Below are positions 28,572-38,446 of a DNA stretch of 48,968 nt, piece after piece. The DNA is from a virus (taxonomy: Duplodnaviria; Caudoviricetes): the IMG/VR virus record IMGVR_UViG_3300005323_000367, positions 1 to 48,968 of that record; one strand, written 5' to 3'. The position numbers and the translations under genes are program-made. The notes beneath the pieces are model-generated. The model was not told where the DNA came from, ran no database searches, and saw only the letters and a program-made list of their open reading frames with translations. Every line of letters starts with the position of its first letter. Positions within the stretch are counted from its first letter, which is position 1.

Positions 28572-29885
28572 TCACTCCCTTATATTTTTCATTTTAGCCT
28601 GAATATGTACCCATGATGATTTATAACCTCTATCAGCAGCTATCGCCTTTAACTCATCAATTGTTTTGCATTTACCTACATCCATACGTCTTTCTCTTTT
28701 TTCGATTGCAGTTATTTCTTTTAAATCTCCGTCTGATTCTTCCAGATTCCTAGACTTTACTGGATAAATAAATTTGCACTCCGGACACTGTGGAGCTGGA
28801 TCATGAGCAGCATAACATTCCGGACAGCTTTTGATTCCAACTGATGGATCTTTCTCCTTTTTACTACGCTTTTTACTTTCTAAACTCCATGATCGTTCTT
28901 CATCGGGCAGGCCGTGTCGAAAGACGTTGCCAACAGCATCTATAATAATGGCTGTTTTACCTTCTCCTGGTCTCATGCTCCTCATGCTTTGTTGCACGTG
29001 CAAAACTAATGATTGTGTTGGCCTTAATAAAATTACTACCTCTACACCAGGTAGATTTAAACCTTCTCCAAATAAATCAACATTTGACATTATCCTAAGT
29101 TTTCCTGATTTAAAATCAGCTATGGCCTGTTTTCGTTCTTCATCTGGTGTTTTTCCATCAACATGCTTGGCGTTATAACCATAAGAAATAAAAGAATCTA
29201 CCGTATTAATGCTGTGCTGAATACTGGCGCAATACACAATAGCCTGCTTTCCTTCTGCTAATTGCTTATAATGTTCTATGGCTTGTCCCGTTATATGAGG
29301 TTTATCCATTCTAACGGCTATTTCTTTCTGATCATAATCACCAAGTTTTATTTTTATGTCGGAAAAGTCAACAGGCATTGGTGGTGCAAAATAACGATAA
29401 GGTGCTAAAAACCCTTTACTGATTAACCACTTTACACTCGGGCCAATAATCAATTCATCGCATATCTCGCCAAGTCCGCTTCCATCCGTCCTGGCAGGAG
29501 TCGCTGTAAGTCCTACCAAATACGCATTTTTAAAATAATTAAATATTTTACGCCACGTATTAGCTGTTCCATGATGGAATTCATCACTAATTATTAAATC
29601 AGGAACAGGTATTTTATCTAACTGGCGTACAATTGTCTGAACACTAGCAAGTTGTATTAATTCATGTTTTCTCCCAATATCATCTGCAATCTGCTGAAGT
29701 AATTCTTGTCGATGTATTATAAAAAGAACATTTTTCCCGTTGTCGGCTGCTTTATTTGCCATATATGCAACCATGGTTCCTTTGCCAGCTCCGCAAGGGG
29801 CAATGTATGCCACCCTGCGAACTCCGGAAGAAAATGTTTTTCTTATTTTATTTATTCCATCAGACTGATAATCACGTAATTGCAT
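28572..29885 (-). CDS. SF2 DEAD/DEAH-box helicase with C-terminal zinc ribbon
   Basis: LRDYQ, APCGAGKG, DEFHH, GLTATP, CPEC x2. Confidence 0.93.
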   Translation of the reverse strand: MQLRDYQSDGINKIRKTFSSGVRRVAYIAPCGAGKGTMVAYMANKAADNGKNVLFIIHRQELLQQIADDIGRKHELIQLASVQTIVRQLDKIPVPDLIISDEFHHGTANTWRKIFNYFKNAYLVGLTATPARTDGSGLGEICDELIIGPSVKWLISKGFLAPYRYFAPPMPVDFSDIKIKLGDYDQKEIAVRMDKPHITGQAIEHYKQLAEGKQAIVYCASIQHSINTVDSFISYGYNAKHVDGKTPDEERKQAIADFKSGKLRIMSNVDLFGEGLNLPGVEVVILLRPTQSLVLHVQQSMRSMRPGEGKTAIIIDAVGNVFRHGLPDEERSWSLESKKRSKKEKDPSVGIKSCPECYAAHDPAPQCPECKFIYPVKSRNLEESDGDLKEITAIEKRERRMDVGKCKTIDELKAIAADRGYKSSWVHIQAKMKNIRE

Positions 29886-30435
29886 TAATTTTACTCATTA
29901 GATTATTTTGACGGACAATTGTTGCCCTTCTTGCTTGTTCAGATTGCGTAATGAATTGGCAGTTATCTGGACAATAATTTTTATTGCTGTCTTTTCTATC
30001 AATTGTAAGATTATCTTTATAGCCGTTGCTTAATGCCCAATCTATAAAACTTTGAGGATTTATTAACCATTCATCACACATGGTTATACCTTTACCGCCA
30101 TAATACTTGTAAGATTTGTTTTGTGGCTTATAACATCTGGCTTTCATGTTTTTATAAGTTTGATATAATCTCGTTCCTGTTCTGCCATGAGTTATTTGGT
30201 TTGTTTGTGCTATTCTTAATGCATCGCGACTTCTACTAGATTTACTTTCAAATGACAAACAGCCACAACTTTTTGTATTTCCACTTCTTACTGCATTAGC
30301 TGGTATTGTTATTTCTCCGCCACATTCACAGCGAAAAAGCCATTTAGGTTTATATTGGCGACTACCTTTAATCGCTAAGCAAATTGCTGTTAATCTACCA
30401 TACTTTTGACCTGCAATATCAATAAACTTACCCAT
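29872..30435 (-). CDS. HNH homing endonuclease
   Basis: GQKYGRLT, CECG, TKSCGC, YGGKGI, LTIDRKDSNKNYCPDNC. Confidence 0.88.
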   Translation of the reverse strand: MGKFIDIAGQKYGRLTAICLAIKGSRQYKPKWLFRCECGGEITIPANAVRSGNTKSCGCLSFESKSSRSRDALRIAQTNQITHGRTGTRLYQTYKNMKARCYKPQNKSYKYYGGKGITMCDEWLINPQSFIDWALSNGYKDNLTIDRKDSNKNYCPDNCQFITQSEQARRATIVRQNNLMSKINAIT

Positions 30436-30542
30436 TGAAACCTCCTCATCTTTTTTATGAACGCATGGGATTATACCCTGCTATATGGTTTTTCGCGTAT
30501 TGAGTTAATTTTAAATATATTTAAAATTAATTTTTAATTAAC

Positions 30543-30956
30543 TCAAAATGGAATTTCCTCTTCAGGGAAGACTTCGGTCCCAAAGGAGCTCATATCATAA
30601 CCGCTTTTCGCTGGTGCTGGATTAGTTGTTAATCCGGCTGCAACATCATCTTTTTTACTGTCCATATATTCAAAAGTTTTAACCAGACAATAATCCTTAG
30701 TATGTTTCTGGCCATCTTTTTCCCAACGTTGCTGATCCCATTCACCCTTGACTAGGATTTTTCTACCTTTAGTTAGTGTATTACCAATCGTCTCGGCTGT
30801 TTTTTTCCATGCAGTGCAACGAATGAAGCACGTTTTTTTGTTTTCTCCGAATCCTCGATCGACTGCTAATGTGAATTCGGCAACTGCTTTACCTGTCTGT
30901 GTATATCTGACTTCGGGATTATCCGTTAGCCTACCTGATAGCGTTAGATCATTCAT
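30543..30956 (-). CDS. ssb: Single-stranded DNA-binding protein
   Basis: LSGRLTDNPEVRYT, FTLAVDR, acidic tail EEEIPF. Confidence 0.95.
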   Translation of the reverse strand: MNDLTLSGRLTDNPEVRYTQTGKAVAEFTLAVDRGFGENKKTCFIRCTAWKKTAETIGNTLTKGRKILVKGEWDQQRWEKDGQKHTKDYCLVKTFEYMDSKKDDVAAGLTTNPAPAKSGYDMSSFGTEVFPEEEIPF

Positions 30957-31635
30957 CGTCATCCTCACATTCTTCAAACTGAATATCAACATCGCCATCA
31001 TCTATAATGATCTTGGTACCAGTGGAATAGATTTTAAATAGGGTCTTGTCGAATCCCCATAAACCACCCATAATTACTTTATTATTAAATTCTTTATCAT
31101 TAATTTTTATGGTTGTTATGCTACCATCTTTCTCCGCCCAAATACGATACTGACAGCGATATTCAGATTTATCATCATCTCTATCAAACGAAATATAAAT
31201 TGATCCATATTCACGTTTGACATGAAAAGATATTTCTCTGCCGGAATAGTCGCTATCATCACTTAAAACATCTTCCTTAAATTCCTCAATAAGCTCTGAT
31301 AACTTGTATTCTTTAGGAACCTCACCAAGCAGCTCAGTAAGTGAACATTTAATTTTTTCGATGCCTTGCGTATGCACCAATTTATCTAATTCCTCTTGCA
31401 CAGCATTTAAAACCATGACATTATAACCAGCAATATTAAGTTTTTCTAGGTCAACACTCAGATGAGATTCAACTTCTTTTTTAAGGTTTTTACCAAATTC
31501 GCTATAACTTCTAAACAGATCATCAACAATACTTTCAATAGTTTTTTTTAGTTGCTTCTCAACTGTTACTTGCACAAAACCTTCCTGCTCGATCTTGGCC
31601 AAGCTTTCATTAACCAGTTTATTTAAATCCATCAC
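30949..31635 (-). CDS. Hypothetical acidic phage protein
   Basis: 228 aa ORF with RBS, coupled to ssb. Confidence 0.7.
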   Translation of the reverse strand: MMDLNKLVNESLAKIEQEGFVQVTVEKQLKKTIESIVDDLFRSYSEFGKNLKKEVESHLSVDLEKLNIAGYNVMVLNAVQEELDKLVHTQGIEKIKCSLTELLGEVPKEYKLSELIEEFKEDVLSDDSDYSGREISFHVKREYGSIYISFDRDDDKSEYRCQYRIWAEKDGSITTIKINDKEFNNKVIMGGLWGFDKTLFKIYSTGTKIIIDDGDVDIQFEECEDDDE

Positions 31636-31653
31636 GATTACCCCTCCATAAAT

Positions 31654-31854
31654 TTAATTAGCAACACTCAACCTATTAGCTTTAACAAACTTATTACAAG
31701 CCTTACGGGCTTCTGAAACTACCGTTGCACTCTTCTGCAGTTCATTATTACTTAGCTCATAGCACACTTTAACGCCAGCCCCCCTATAGGCTTCGTGATT
31801 AATATAAAAACAATCTCCACATCTACGCGTGGGAATACTATTTTTACAGGCCAT
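31654..31854 (-). CDS. Small Cys-containing hypothetical protein
   Basis: CGDC motif; RBS GGAGG. Confidence 0.55.
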   Translation of the reverse strand: MACKNSIPTRRCGDCFYINHEAYRGAGVKVCYELSNNELQKSATVVSEARKACNKFVKANRLSVAN

Positions 31855-31886
31855 TAGTCTCAGCCTCCCTGTCTTTTAACAATAAA

Positions 31887-32111
31887 TTAGCAAGTTATCT
31901 TTTGCCTTCTTTCTCTAGCTCGGTCAAGCATTATAGCAAGCTTCACCCTATTTACTGTATCTAATGGCCAACACCGCGGACTATACCTTGAAAGGCTATG
32001 TATCTTAGGTGGCTCTTTCAATACCCCGCGCTTAACCAACTTATTTAGGCGCCATACAGAAAATTTGATTCCGAGCTCTTTTAAGAAGGTTAATAATTCG
32101 TCTGTGGTCAT
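31887..32111 (-). CDS. Small winged-helix DNA-binding protein (excisionase/RDF-like)
   Basis: Basic 74 aa, LNKLVKRGVLKEP...WPLDTV pattern of MerR/Xis-like domains. Confidence 0.5.
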   Translation of the reverse strand: MTTDELLTFLKELGIKFSVWRLNKLVKRGVLKEPPKIHSLSRYSPRCWPLDTVNRVKLAIMLDRARERRQKITC

Positions 32112-32346
32112 GATATTTCACCTACATTTGCACAAGGTTTCAATTTTGAGCATATACCCTGTCGCGCATCAACAGCGTCCAAAATACTATTCATATACTC
32201 GCCTGCCTTTTTGCGCATTGCTCTACGGCAATTAGGACACTCAAAATTACCAAGACTTACTGCATCGCATATATTACAAACTTGATACTTAGAATCGCCG
32301 ATTTCGATAATGCGATAATCAACTTCTATTGTCATGATATTTCACC
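32107..32346. repeat. 16-bp direct repeat at two gene junctions
   Basis: gtcatgatatttcacc at 32107-32122 and 32331-32346. Confidence 0.85.
32108..32335 (-). CDS. Zinc-finger hypothetical protein
   Basis: CNIC and CPNC. Confidence 0.6.
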   Translation of the reverse strand: MTIEVDYRIIEIGDSKYQVCNICDAVSLGNFECPNCRRAMRKKAGEYMNSILDAVDARQGICSKLKPCANVGEIS

Positions 32347-34125
32347 CAAGAACTGACTCGGCAGCGCCTCGATTGGCGATCCATTCCATGCCGACATAAC
32401 CATTGGATGCGTAATATATAACCGATTCTTTGCCCTGGTAAGTGCTACATAAAACAATCTACGCTCTTCCTCAATATCGCCGCGCTTTGAAGGGAATACA
32501 TTCTGATTCATGCCGGCAATGAATACCGTATCAAATTCTAGGCCTTTGGATGCATGGACCGTCATAACCTTAACAGCATCCCGCTCTTCAATGAGTTTTT
32601 CCTGGACATCACGGTACCTAAGGTATTTTAAAAAGCTTTGAACCGTGTAACTCTCGCCTAGATCATGTTTTGATTGCTCCCATATTGCAATTGCATTTTC
32701 AGCTTTTACAGTATCGCTCAGCACCTGCATTTCCAGTACATCTCGAATAACTGTAAAGTGTTCTAGAGGAGTAAATAATTGATCCTCAGCAATCGCAGAA
32801 AGTAATTGATTAATAGAATCAGCTATATCTGTAAGCTCATAATCAGACGCTATTGCTTCATATAATGACAAATCATTACTCTTGGCTTTAAACTCGAGAG
32901 CTACCAACTTCAAAGCGGTTACCTTACCTCGAATAATCTTTTTAGTGGCAATATCATCAGCCATGTTATATAGAAAGTACATCCAGTCAATGATAGGCCT
33001 TACCAGTGGAGCATTATACGAATCGTCTCTTCCAGCAACTCTTTGGGAAGGTACCTGCTTTTGTTCTAAATGCCAGCAAAGGTTGTCCACTCTATCATTG
33101 GTTCTGGCCAACACTGCCATATCTTTGTAAGGCACGTTAAACTCGTTATGGATATACTTAATTTGTTCTGCAATGGTGATTGCTTCCTGGCTTGCGTTAT
33201 CGTAAGAAAAGGTTAAAACATCATCACCGCTCTTATGAGCAATTAGGCTTTTCTCAGTTTGATGTACATTGTGCTTTATCAGACTATTGGCTGCAGCTAC
33301 TACCTGTTTGGTGGATCGATAATTATCTTCAAGCTTAATGATTTCACAACCCGGGTACTGGTTAGGAAAGTTAAGTATGTACTCAACCCTGGCACGCCGC
33401 CAACCGTATATTGCTTGAAAATCATCACCGACCACAAAGAAGTTTTTGGGATTCAATAGCTGCAACATTCTCATTTGGTCATCACTGGTGTCTTGAAATT
33501 CATCAACAAAGACATGAGTGTAGTTTTGGTGGTAGTCTAGCAGAGCTTCCGGACAAATCTCCCACAGTCTGACTACTAAATCAATTAGCCGGTCTAAATC
33601 CACGGCATTGTTCTGTTTACATCGATAGCCGTATTCCATGAGTACCCGACATTCTTCCGGGTGCTTTTTCTGTTCTTCTCGATAATCAACGCAGTTTTCT
33701 TGACGATTTAATACTCTTGTTAAGGTAGTCATGCTGCCGAATTCTACGATGATTTTCTTAAGTATTTCTTCCCGGTCTTCTTGGTCGTAAATAGTGAAGT
33801 TTTGGTCAATGCCTAGTTTATGCCCCCACCGTTTGAGGACTGATACAGAAAAGGCGTGAAAGGTATTGCAGAATAGGTTTTTACCATGTTCTTCACCGAT
33901 TAATTTAATAACACGCTCTTTCATTTCCTTGCCGGCAAGACGTGTAAAGGTAAGGGCTAGCATGTTAGTGGTGCCTATACGTTGTTCGTTGAATAGATTG
34001 GCAATTCTGCGGGTCAGAACAGTAGTTTTACCACTGCCAGCACCTGCTAGGCATAGGATTACTTGGGCGGTAGATGTTACCGCCTGTAGTTGCTTAGGAT
34101 TTAAGCCGTTAAGAAGGTTGCTCAT
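32332..34125 (-). CDS. UvrD/Rep/PcrA-family helicase
   Basis: AGAGSGKT, VDEFQD, VGDDFQAIY, NYRS, TVHASKGLEF, EERRLFYVALTRA. Confidence 0.95.
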   Translation of the reverse strand: MSNLLNGLNPKQLQAVTSTAQVILCLAGAGSGKTTVLTRRIANLFNEQRIGTTNMLALTFTRLAGKEMKERVIKLIGEEHGKNLFCNTFHAFSVSVLKRWGHKLGIDQNFTIYDQEDREEILKKIIVEFGSMTTLTRVLNRQENCVDYREEQKKHPEECRVLMEYGYRCKQNNAVDLDRLIDLVVRLWEICPEALLDYHQNYTHVFVDEFQDTSDDQMRMLQLLNPKNFFVVGDDFQAIYGWRRARVEYILNFPNQYPGCEIIKLEDNYRSTKQVVAAANSLIKHNVHQTEKSLIAHKSGDDVLTFSYDNASQEAITIAEQIKYIHNEFNVPYKDMAVLARTNDRVDNLCWHLEQKQVPSQRVAGRDDSYNAPLVRPIIDWMYFLYNMADDIATKKIIRGKVTALKLVALEFKAKSNDLSLYEAIASDYELTDIADSINQLLSAIAEDQLFTPLEHFTVIRDVLEMQVLSDTVKAENAIAIWEQSKHDLGESYTVQSFLKYLRYRDVQEKLIEERDAVKVMTVHASKGLEFDTVFIAGMNQNVFPSKRGDIEEERRLFYVALTRAKNRLYITHPMVMSAWNGSPIEALPSQFLGEIS

Positions 34126-34490
34126 TATGCATACCCCCTGCCTTGCTTTACTAAATACCACTTATCATCTTCAAGATTTAATTCCCAAGTTTCATCATGT
34201 AAAGGCGTGTTATGAAACAACTCTGCATAATCGCAAACGGATAATTCCATTGCAAATGTCTTCTGAATATCATCAATTGTGATGCCCTCTTCACAACCTT
34301 CATCATCTAAAACACCAAACTTTTCATTCAGATCGTAGACAATATCATCAATCGTTAACGTTAGGCAGTGAATATAACCATAACAATAAAACCGTTTATC
34401 ATTATTCAATACTGTTTGAGGTATCGTTCCACATGTTCCGCAACCACCCATTTTAGGATTTTCAATAGGTATGTTTTTAAGACTACGCAC
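34125..34490 (-). CDS. Hypothetical protein
   Basis: 121 aa, CGTC, H, WYLVKQGRGYA; coupled on both sides. Confidence 0.6.
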   Translation of the reverse strand: MRSLKNIPIENPKMGGCGTCGTIPQTVLNNDKRFYCYGYIHCLTLTIDDIVYDLNEKFGVLDDEGCEEGITIDDIQKTFAMELSVCDYAELFHNTPLHDETWELNLEDDKWYLVKQGRGYA

Positions 34491-36651
34491 TTTCCTTCAC
34501 CCCCGCCTCAGTAACCACAGCATGATCACCATTCTCTAATTCCCAAATAGTCCATTTCGGTGCAGTAAACTCAAAGGCAATCGCACCAGCCAAAATAATA
34601 TTATCCAGCTTATGTTTCACCTTGCTCAGCCCATCAAGTAGCATCTCGAAGTTCTGCCTATCTAGGTGATTCAAATCATCCATGACCAGGATGCGTAGTT
34701 TAGGGTGGGCTCGATCAATGATAGTTACCATCATGGCTGCTAAGAAAATGGTTTGCTGACCAGTAGATAGAGCATCAAAATTAACGCTATGACTTTTTTC
34801 ATTAATCCATCCGAACTGGAAGATTTCTTTACCAGTATCGCTCTCAGTTTGAAAAAACGGTTCATGGTCAAATCCCATAAGTGCAAGGTTCTCGCGAATG
34901 TCTAAACGTATGGGCTCAAGAATCTCTTTCACTAACTCACCTTGTATGCCTTTGGCCCCTAACGACTCACTGATAAGCTTTAAGCAGATGGCATGATATT
35001 CAGCTTTGCGATTTTCTAACATTGATTGCTGCACTAAGAGCAATGTCTGTTTCGCCTGTTCCTTGCCTTCAATTGCTTTTTTCAAAGCTTCAATTTGATG
35101 CCTTAGTCCAGAAGACTGCATACTTAATAATTCAGTTCCTGTTACGGCTTCCATTGGCTCCATAACTAATCTATTTAATTCTTCTTGATACATCTTCAGT
35201 TTATTGTCACGATCAACAGTAGCCTTTAGGCATTCATTCTTTTTCTGAGTAAGCTCAGTGATTGATTTATTGATACTGGTATTACGGGTATTGGCATCCT
35301 GGACTTGTTTCATTAGTCCATTCAGCTTGGTAATCAGCTCAGCATCTTCTGTTTCCAGTGCCTTGATTCGTTTTTCGACTTCTTCCAGCGAAACCTGTAA
35401 TTCAGCTACTGCAGTTGCAGCTTCATCTTTCTTATTAGAAACAAAACCATCAAAGCCCGTAAAATCTTTATCACATTTAATCATGGGATTAACCACACAC
35501 TTACCACCAAGCTCAGCAGTTTTTACTAGGGCTTCTTCTAAGGCGGTAATCGTACTCTGAATGGTTCCGATTTTATCCCTAACCCCTTGCCGATTCATTT
35601 CAAACTGCTGTTTCTGATTTTTAATCTCTGCCCTACGGTTATTTATGGTTACAGTTTCATCCTCGATGTTAGGAACTGGCGAAATCTGCCCATTATGTTC
35701 TGAAATCTGCTTGTCAATATCAGAGGTATTGCTATCTACAGTGATTTTTTGTAAATCTTCAATCAGCCGGCGCAGTTCCTTCATCCGCTCATTGCGCTTC
35801 GCAAGGGCTTTTTTCTTTTCATCATCAGCAGTAATGCTTTTTTCAATTTTAATCAGTTGCTCTTGGAGTTCATCCAATTCCTTTTTGCTGCCTGCAATGT
35901 TACGGTCCGTTTCCTCGAGTTCATTTTTCATCTCGGAAATCTGCCGAACCGCTCCCTGGGCATCCTTCTGTTTTTTATCCCAAATGGATTTTTCAGCAGC
36001 AACCCAATCAAGCATGGCACGAAGTCCCTCTTGAATGCCAAATCCCACAGGGTACTCAGTAACGGCCTTGCTGATAAGTTCATGCATAATTGTAAATTGT
36101 TCAGGGTTATTGGTTTTCAGGCTCAAAGTGAGAAGATTACCTTCAAGATAGCGTTCAATTCGTGCACGATCCCATAGAGTAGAGGTAATCGGACTTAGGC
36201 TATATATAAAATCACGGCGTTTTGTATCGGATAAGCTGAGAAATTCACTAAAATCCATCATTACTGGGAAGTTGCCAAGCTCAGATTGAACACGAATGTT
36301 TTTATCAGCATCAGTACGCTCTCCAGCACCAGGTGATAGGGCAAGACTTTCCTTAATTGAAGTGGTTGATTCGCCTGTTTTTCCATTTCGCTTATCTGTT
36401 TTATTTAAGGACCGTATAACTTGAAGTGTCTCGGTTCGAAGTCCAACACTCATGCTGTCACCAGTAGCCATTTTAAAGATATCCGCTGCTGTCTTTTTTT
36501 GCCCTGGTACATAACCAAGCATTCCATACCCAAGGGCTTGAATACGGGTGGTTTTACCCACCCCATTGCGACCGATAAAGATATCTGTGCCAGTGAGTGA
36601 CTGAGTAGCGCTTTGACCTTTCATATTTTTAAACTCAATTTCCTTTAACAT
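34483..36651 (-). CDS. Rad50/SbcC-like ABC ATPase with long coiled coil
   Basis: GRNGVGKT, coiled coil with central C-x7-C, LSTGQ signature, LVMDDLNHLD Walker B/D-loop. Confidence 0.88.
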   Translation of the reverse strand: MLKEIEFKNMKGQSATQSLTGTDIFIGRNGVGKTTRIQALGYGMLGYVPGQKKTAADIFKMATGDSMSVGLRTETLQVIRSLNKTDKRNGKTGESTTSIKESLALSPGAGERTDADKNIRVQSELGNFPVMMDFSEFLSLSDTKRRDFIYSLSPITSTLWDRARIERYLEGNLLTLSLKTNNPEQFTIMHELISKAVTEYPVGFGIQEGLRAMLDWVAAEKSIWDKKQKDAQGAVRQISEMKNELEETDRNIAGSKKELDELQEQLIKIEKSITADDEKKKALAKRNERMKELRRLIEDLQKITVDSNTSDIDKQISEHNGQISPVPNIEDETVTINNRRAEIKNQKQQFEMNRQGVRDKIGTIQSTITALEEALVKTAELGGKCVVNPMIKCDKDFTGFDGFVSNKKDEAATAVAELQVSLEEVEKRIKALETEDAELITKLNGLMKQVQDANTRNTSINKSITELTQKKNECLKATVDRDNKLKMYQEELNRLVMEPMEAVTGTELLSMQSSGLRHQIEALKKAIEGKEQAKQTLLLVQQSMLENRKAEYHAICLKLISESLGAKGIQGELVKEILEPIRLDIRENLALMGFDHEPFFQTESDTGKEIFQFGWINEKSHSVNFDALSTGQQTIFLAAMMVTIIDRAHPKLRILVMDDLNHLDRQNFEMLLDGLSKVKHKLDNIILAGAIAFEFTAPKWTIWELENGDHAVVTEAGVKESA

Positions 36652-37637
36652 TAGAAGCTTCCACCTCCAAATAAGGAATTTTTAGATTGAGAAGAATCTT
36701 CTACATGAGCAGTAATTACTTTCTCTTCATCATCCACATCAATACTAATATCTTCATGGGAAGCTTCCTCAGTGACATTGACTACATCTATCCGCTGGCC
36801 ATTAATAATGATTTCCTCACCTTGCTCTGCCCTAGCAGCTATATCCATCATGGTTTTAGGATCATCATCCTTGATATAACCAATAACCATTTCCCTTGCT
36901 ACACTCTTCTTTTCAGGCCCTTGGGCATTAACGTATGCAAGATGGGACATAGCAGGATGTTTACCAAGTGCCAGGCGCTCCGCTATGGTTTGGGCATTAC
37001 GCTCAGCAAACTGCTTCTTATTAATGAAAGTATCTATACATTTTAAGATTTCTTTATGGCTTACATTGGCCCATACACCTAGAGAACCATCAATTTTATA
37101 GAAGATACCGGTACGTTTTTCGTCTTCAGTCAACATTTGCTCCATACATATCCGGCCCGAGCCTTGATTGTATTGAACCTTTTTCATAAGGTCCTGGAGA
37201 AAATATGCGTTAATATCATAAAGTAGTGTTGCGCTAGTAATGACTAAATTACCAGTTGGACTATAACCTATAGCTAGTTTTTTTACCCAAACCTTACGCA
37301 AGGTACCACTTTCTTCGTCAATAACAGGGAACGGATTGACTACAACTTGTCCAGTCGGTAAAGTAAGCTTCTCGGGTGTTACGATGCTCAGACCACAAAT
37401 CTGATTAGCCCGGTAAAACCCTTTGCCGGTTGTCATAGCTTTGCCTTGTATTACAGCAATTTCGCCGTTGGCCTCACTTAGTACCACGGCACCTTTAACG
37501 GACTTAATAGCACCATCAGCAGTACGCCGTATAAATACCTGCCCATCACCCAAGGCTGTAATCGATTGTTTTTTTACTAACTCTAATTCCTTAGATACTT
37601 CATCAAGGGTAGCTAACTGTTTTTCAGGCATTGCCAT
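36651..37637 (-). CDS. Hypothetical protein, possible single-strand annealing recombinase
   Basis: 328 aa with acidic tail ending LFGGGSF; position in recombination module; no diagnostic motif recognised. Confidence 0.5.
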   Translation of the reverse strand: MAMPEKQLATLDEVSKELELVKKQSITALGDGQVFIRRTADGAIKSVKGAVVLSEANGEIAVIQGKAMTTGKGFYRANQICGLSIVTPEKLTLPTGQVVVNPFPVIDEESGTLRKVWVKKLAIGYSPTGNLVITSATLLYDINAYFLQDLMKKVQYNQGSGRICMEQMLTEDEKRTGIFYKIDGSLGVWANVSHKEILKCIDTFINKKQFAERNAQTIAERLALGKHPAMSHLAYVNAQGPEKKSVAREMVIGYIKDDDPKTMMDIAARAEQGEEIIINGQRIDVVNVTEEASHEDISIDVDDEEKVITAHVEDSSQSKNSLFGGGSF

Positions 37638-37828
37638 TATTCATCATCCTCCAAAATTTCTTCTATTTGACCAAGACACTTATCACAAAAATTACCGTTG
37701 CATTCAGTTTCATCCTGACTTAGCGGTTCATCACAACAACCACAATATTTTTGTTCAACCACTACTGCCCAATGACGATTAGGGTATGCTGCACTAACAG
37801 CCGGCAGTTCCGACCAATCAGGAATCAT
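37637..37828 (-). CDS. Small zinc-finger protein
   Basis: CGCC and CDKC; coupled. Confidence 0.55.
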   Translation of the reverse strand: MIPDWSELPAVSAAYPNRHWAVVVEQKYCGCCDEPLSQDETECNGNFCDKCLGQIEEILEDDE

Positions 37829-38040
37829 GGTTTTTCCCTCTCTTCTCTATACCATTTTTCATACTGTTCGCGCTTCTTAAACTCGCTATGGTATGCCAAT
37901 GCAAGGCATACGGCCACTTGGATTAAAGCCTTTATTCCAAAATTACGACTCTCCAACCAGTCATTTGCTAAAATTGCTGGACTATCCGAAGTCTTAAGCA
38001 AAGGAATGAGTTGATTGATAATCAGCTTGTTAATTGTCAT
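37825..38040 (-). CDS. Hypothetical protein
   Basis: Coupled early ORF with GAGG RBS. Confidence 0.5.
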   Translation of the reverse strand: MTINKLIINQLIPLLKTSDSPAILANDWLESRNFGIKALIQVAVCLALAYHSEFKKREQYEKWYREEREKP

Positions 38041-38257
38041 ACTGCCTCTCTTTCGGCGGAACATACTCCCACCGCTCTTGAATTAACGACCATAGCCTAT
38101 CTGCCAATCCAGCAAAATAAGAATCACCATGACTAAGCGCATATTTTTTATACCAATCAATTTCATTAATTAAACCTTCCAGTGTATTATGGTTTAAAGG
38201 TAGTTGATTAGCACAACAGGCACCTATCTGATACCTTTCCCCGTCCATATCATCCAC
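38030..38257 (-). CDS. Hypothetical protein
   Basis: Early ORF with GGGGG RBS. Confidence 0.5.
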   Translation of the reverse strand: MDDMDGERYQIGACCANQLPLNHNTLEGLINEIDWYKKYALSHGDSYFAGLADRLWSLIQERWEYVPPKERQYDN

Positions 38258-38446
38258 ACCCCCACTTAAATTTTACTCCATGATTCTTGTCCCACTTTGA
38301 AATACAGAAGCATAAAATACTTGTTGGTCTTGCCTTTTAATCCAAATCTATCAAAATCTTTAGGATTATTTCTAATCATGTTTTAACACCCTTCCGATTT
38401 GACCACCATGTACCAAGCGTGATACAATAATGGTGAAAAAAATTGT

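Noticed and set aside
32332-36651. Gabija system (ATPase plus UvrD)
   Set aside because: ATPase is Rad50-like with long coiled coils and no TOPRIM domain; genes lie in the early lytic operon
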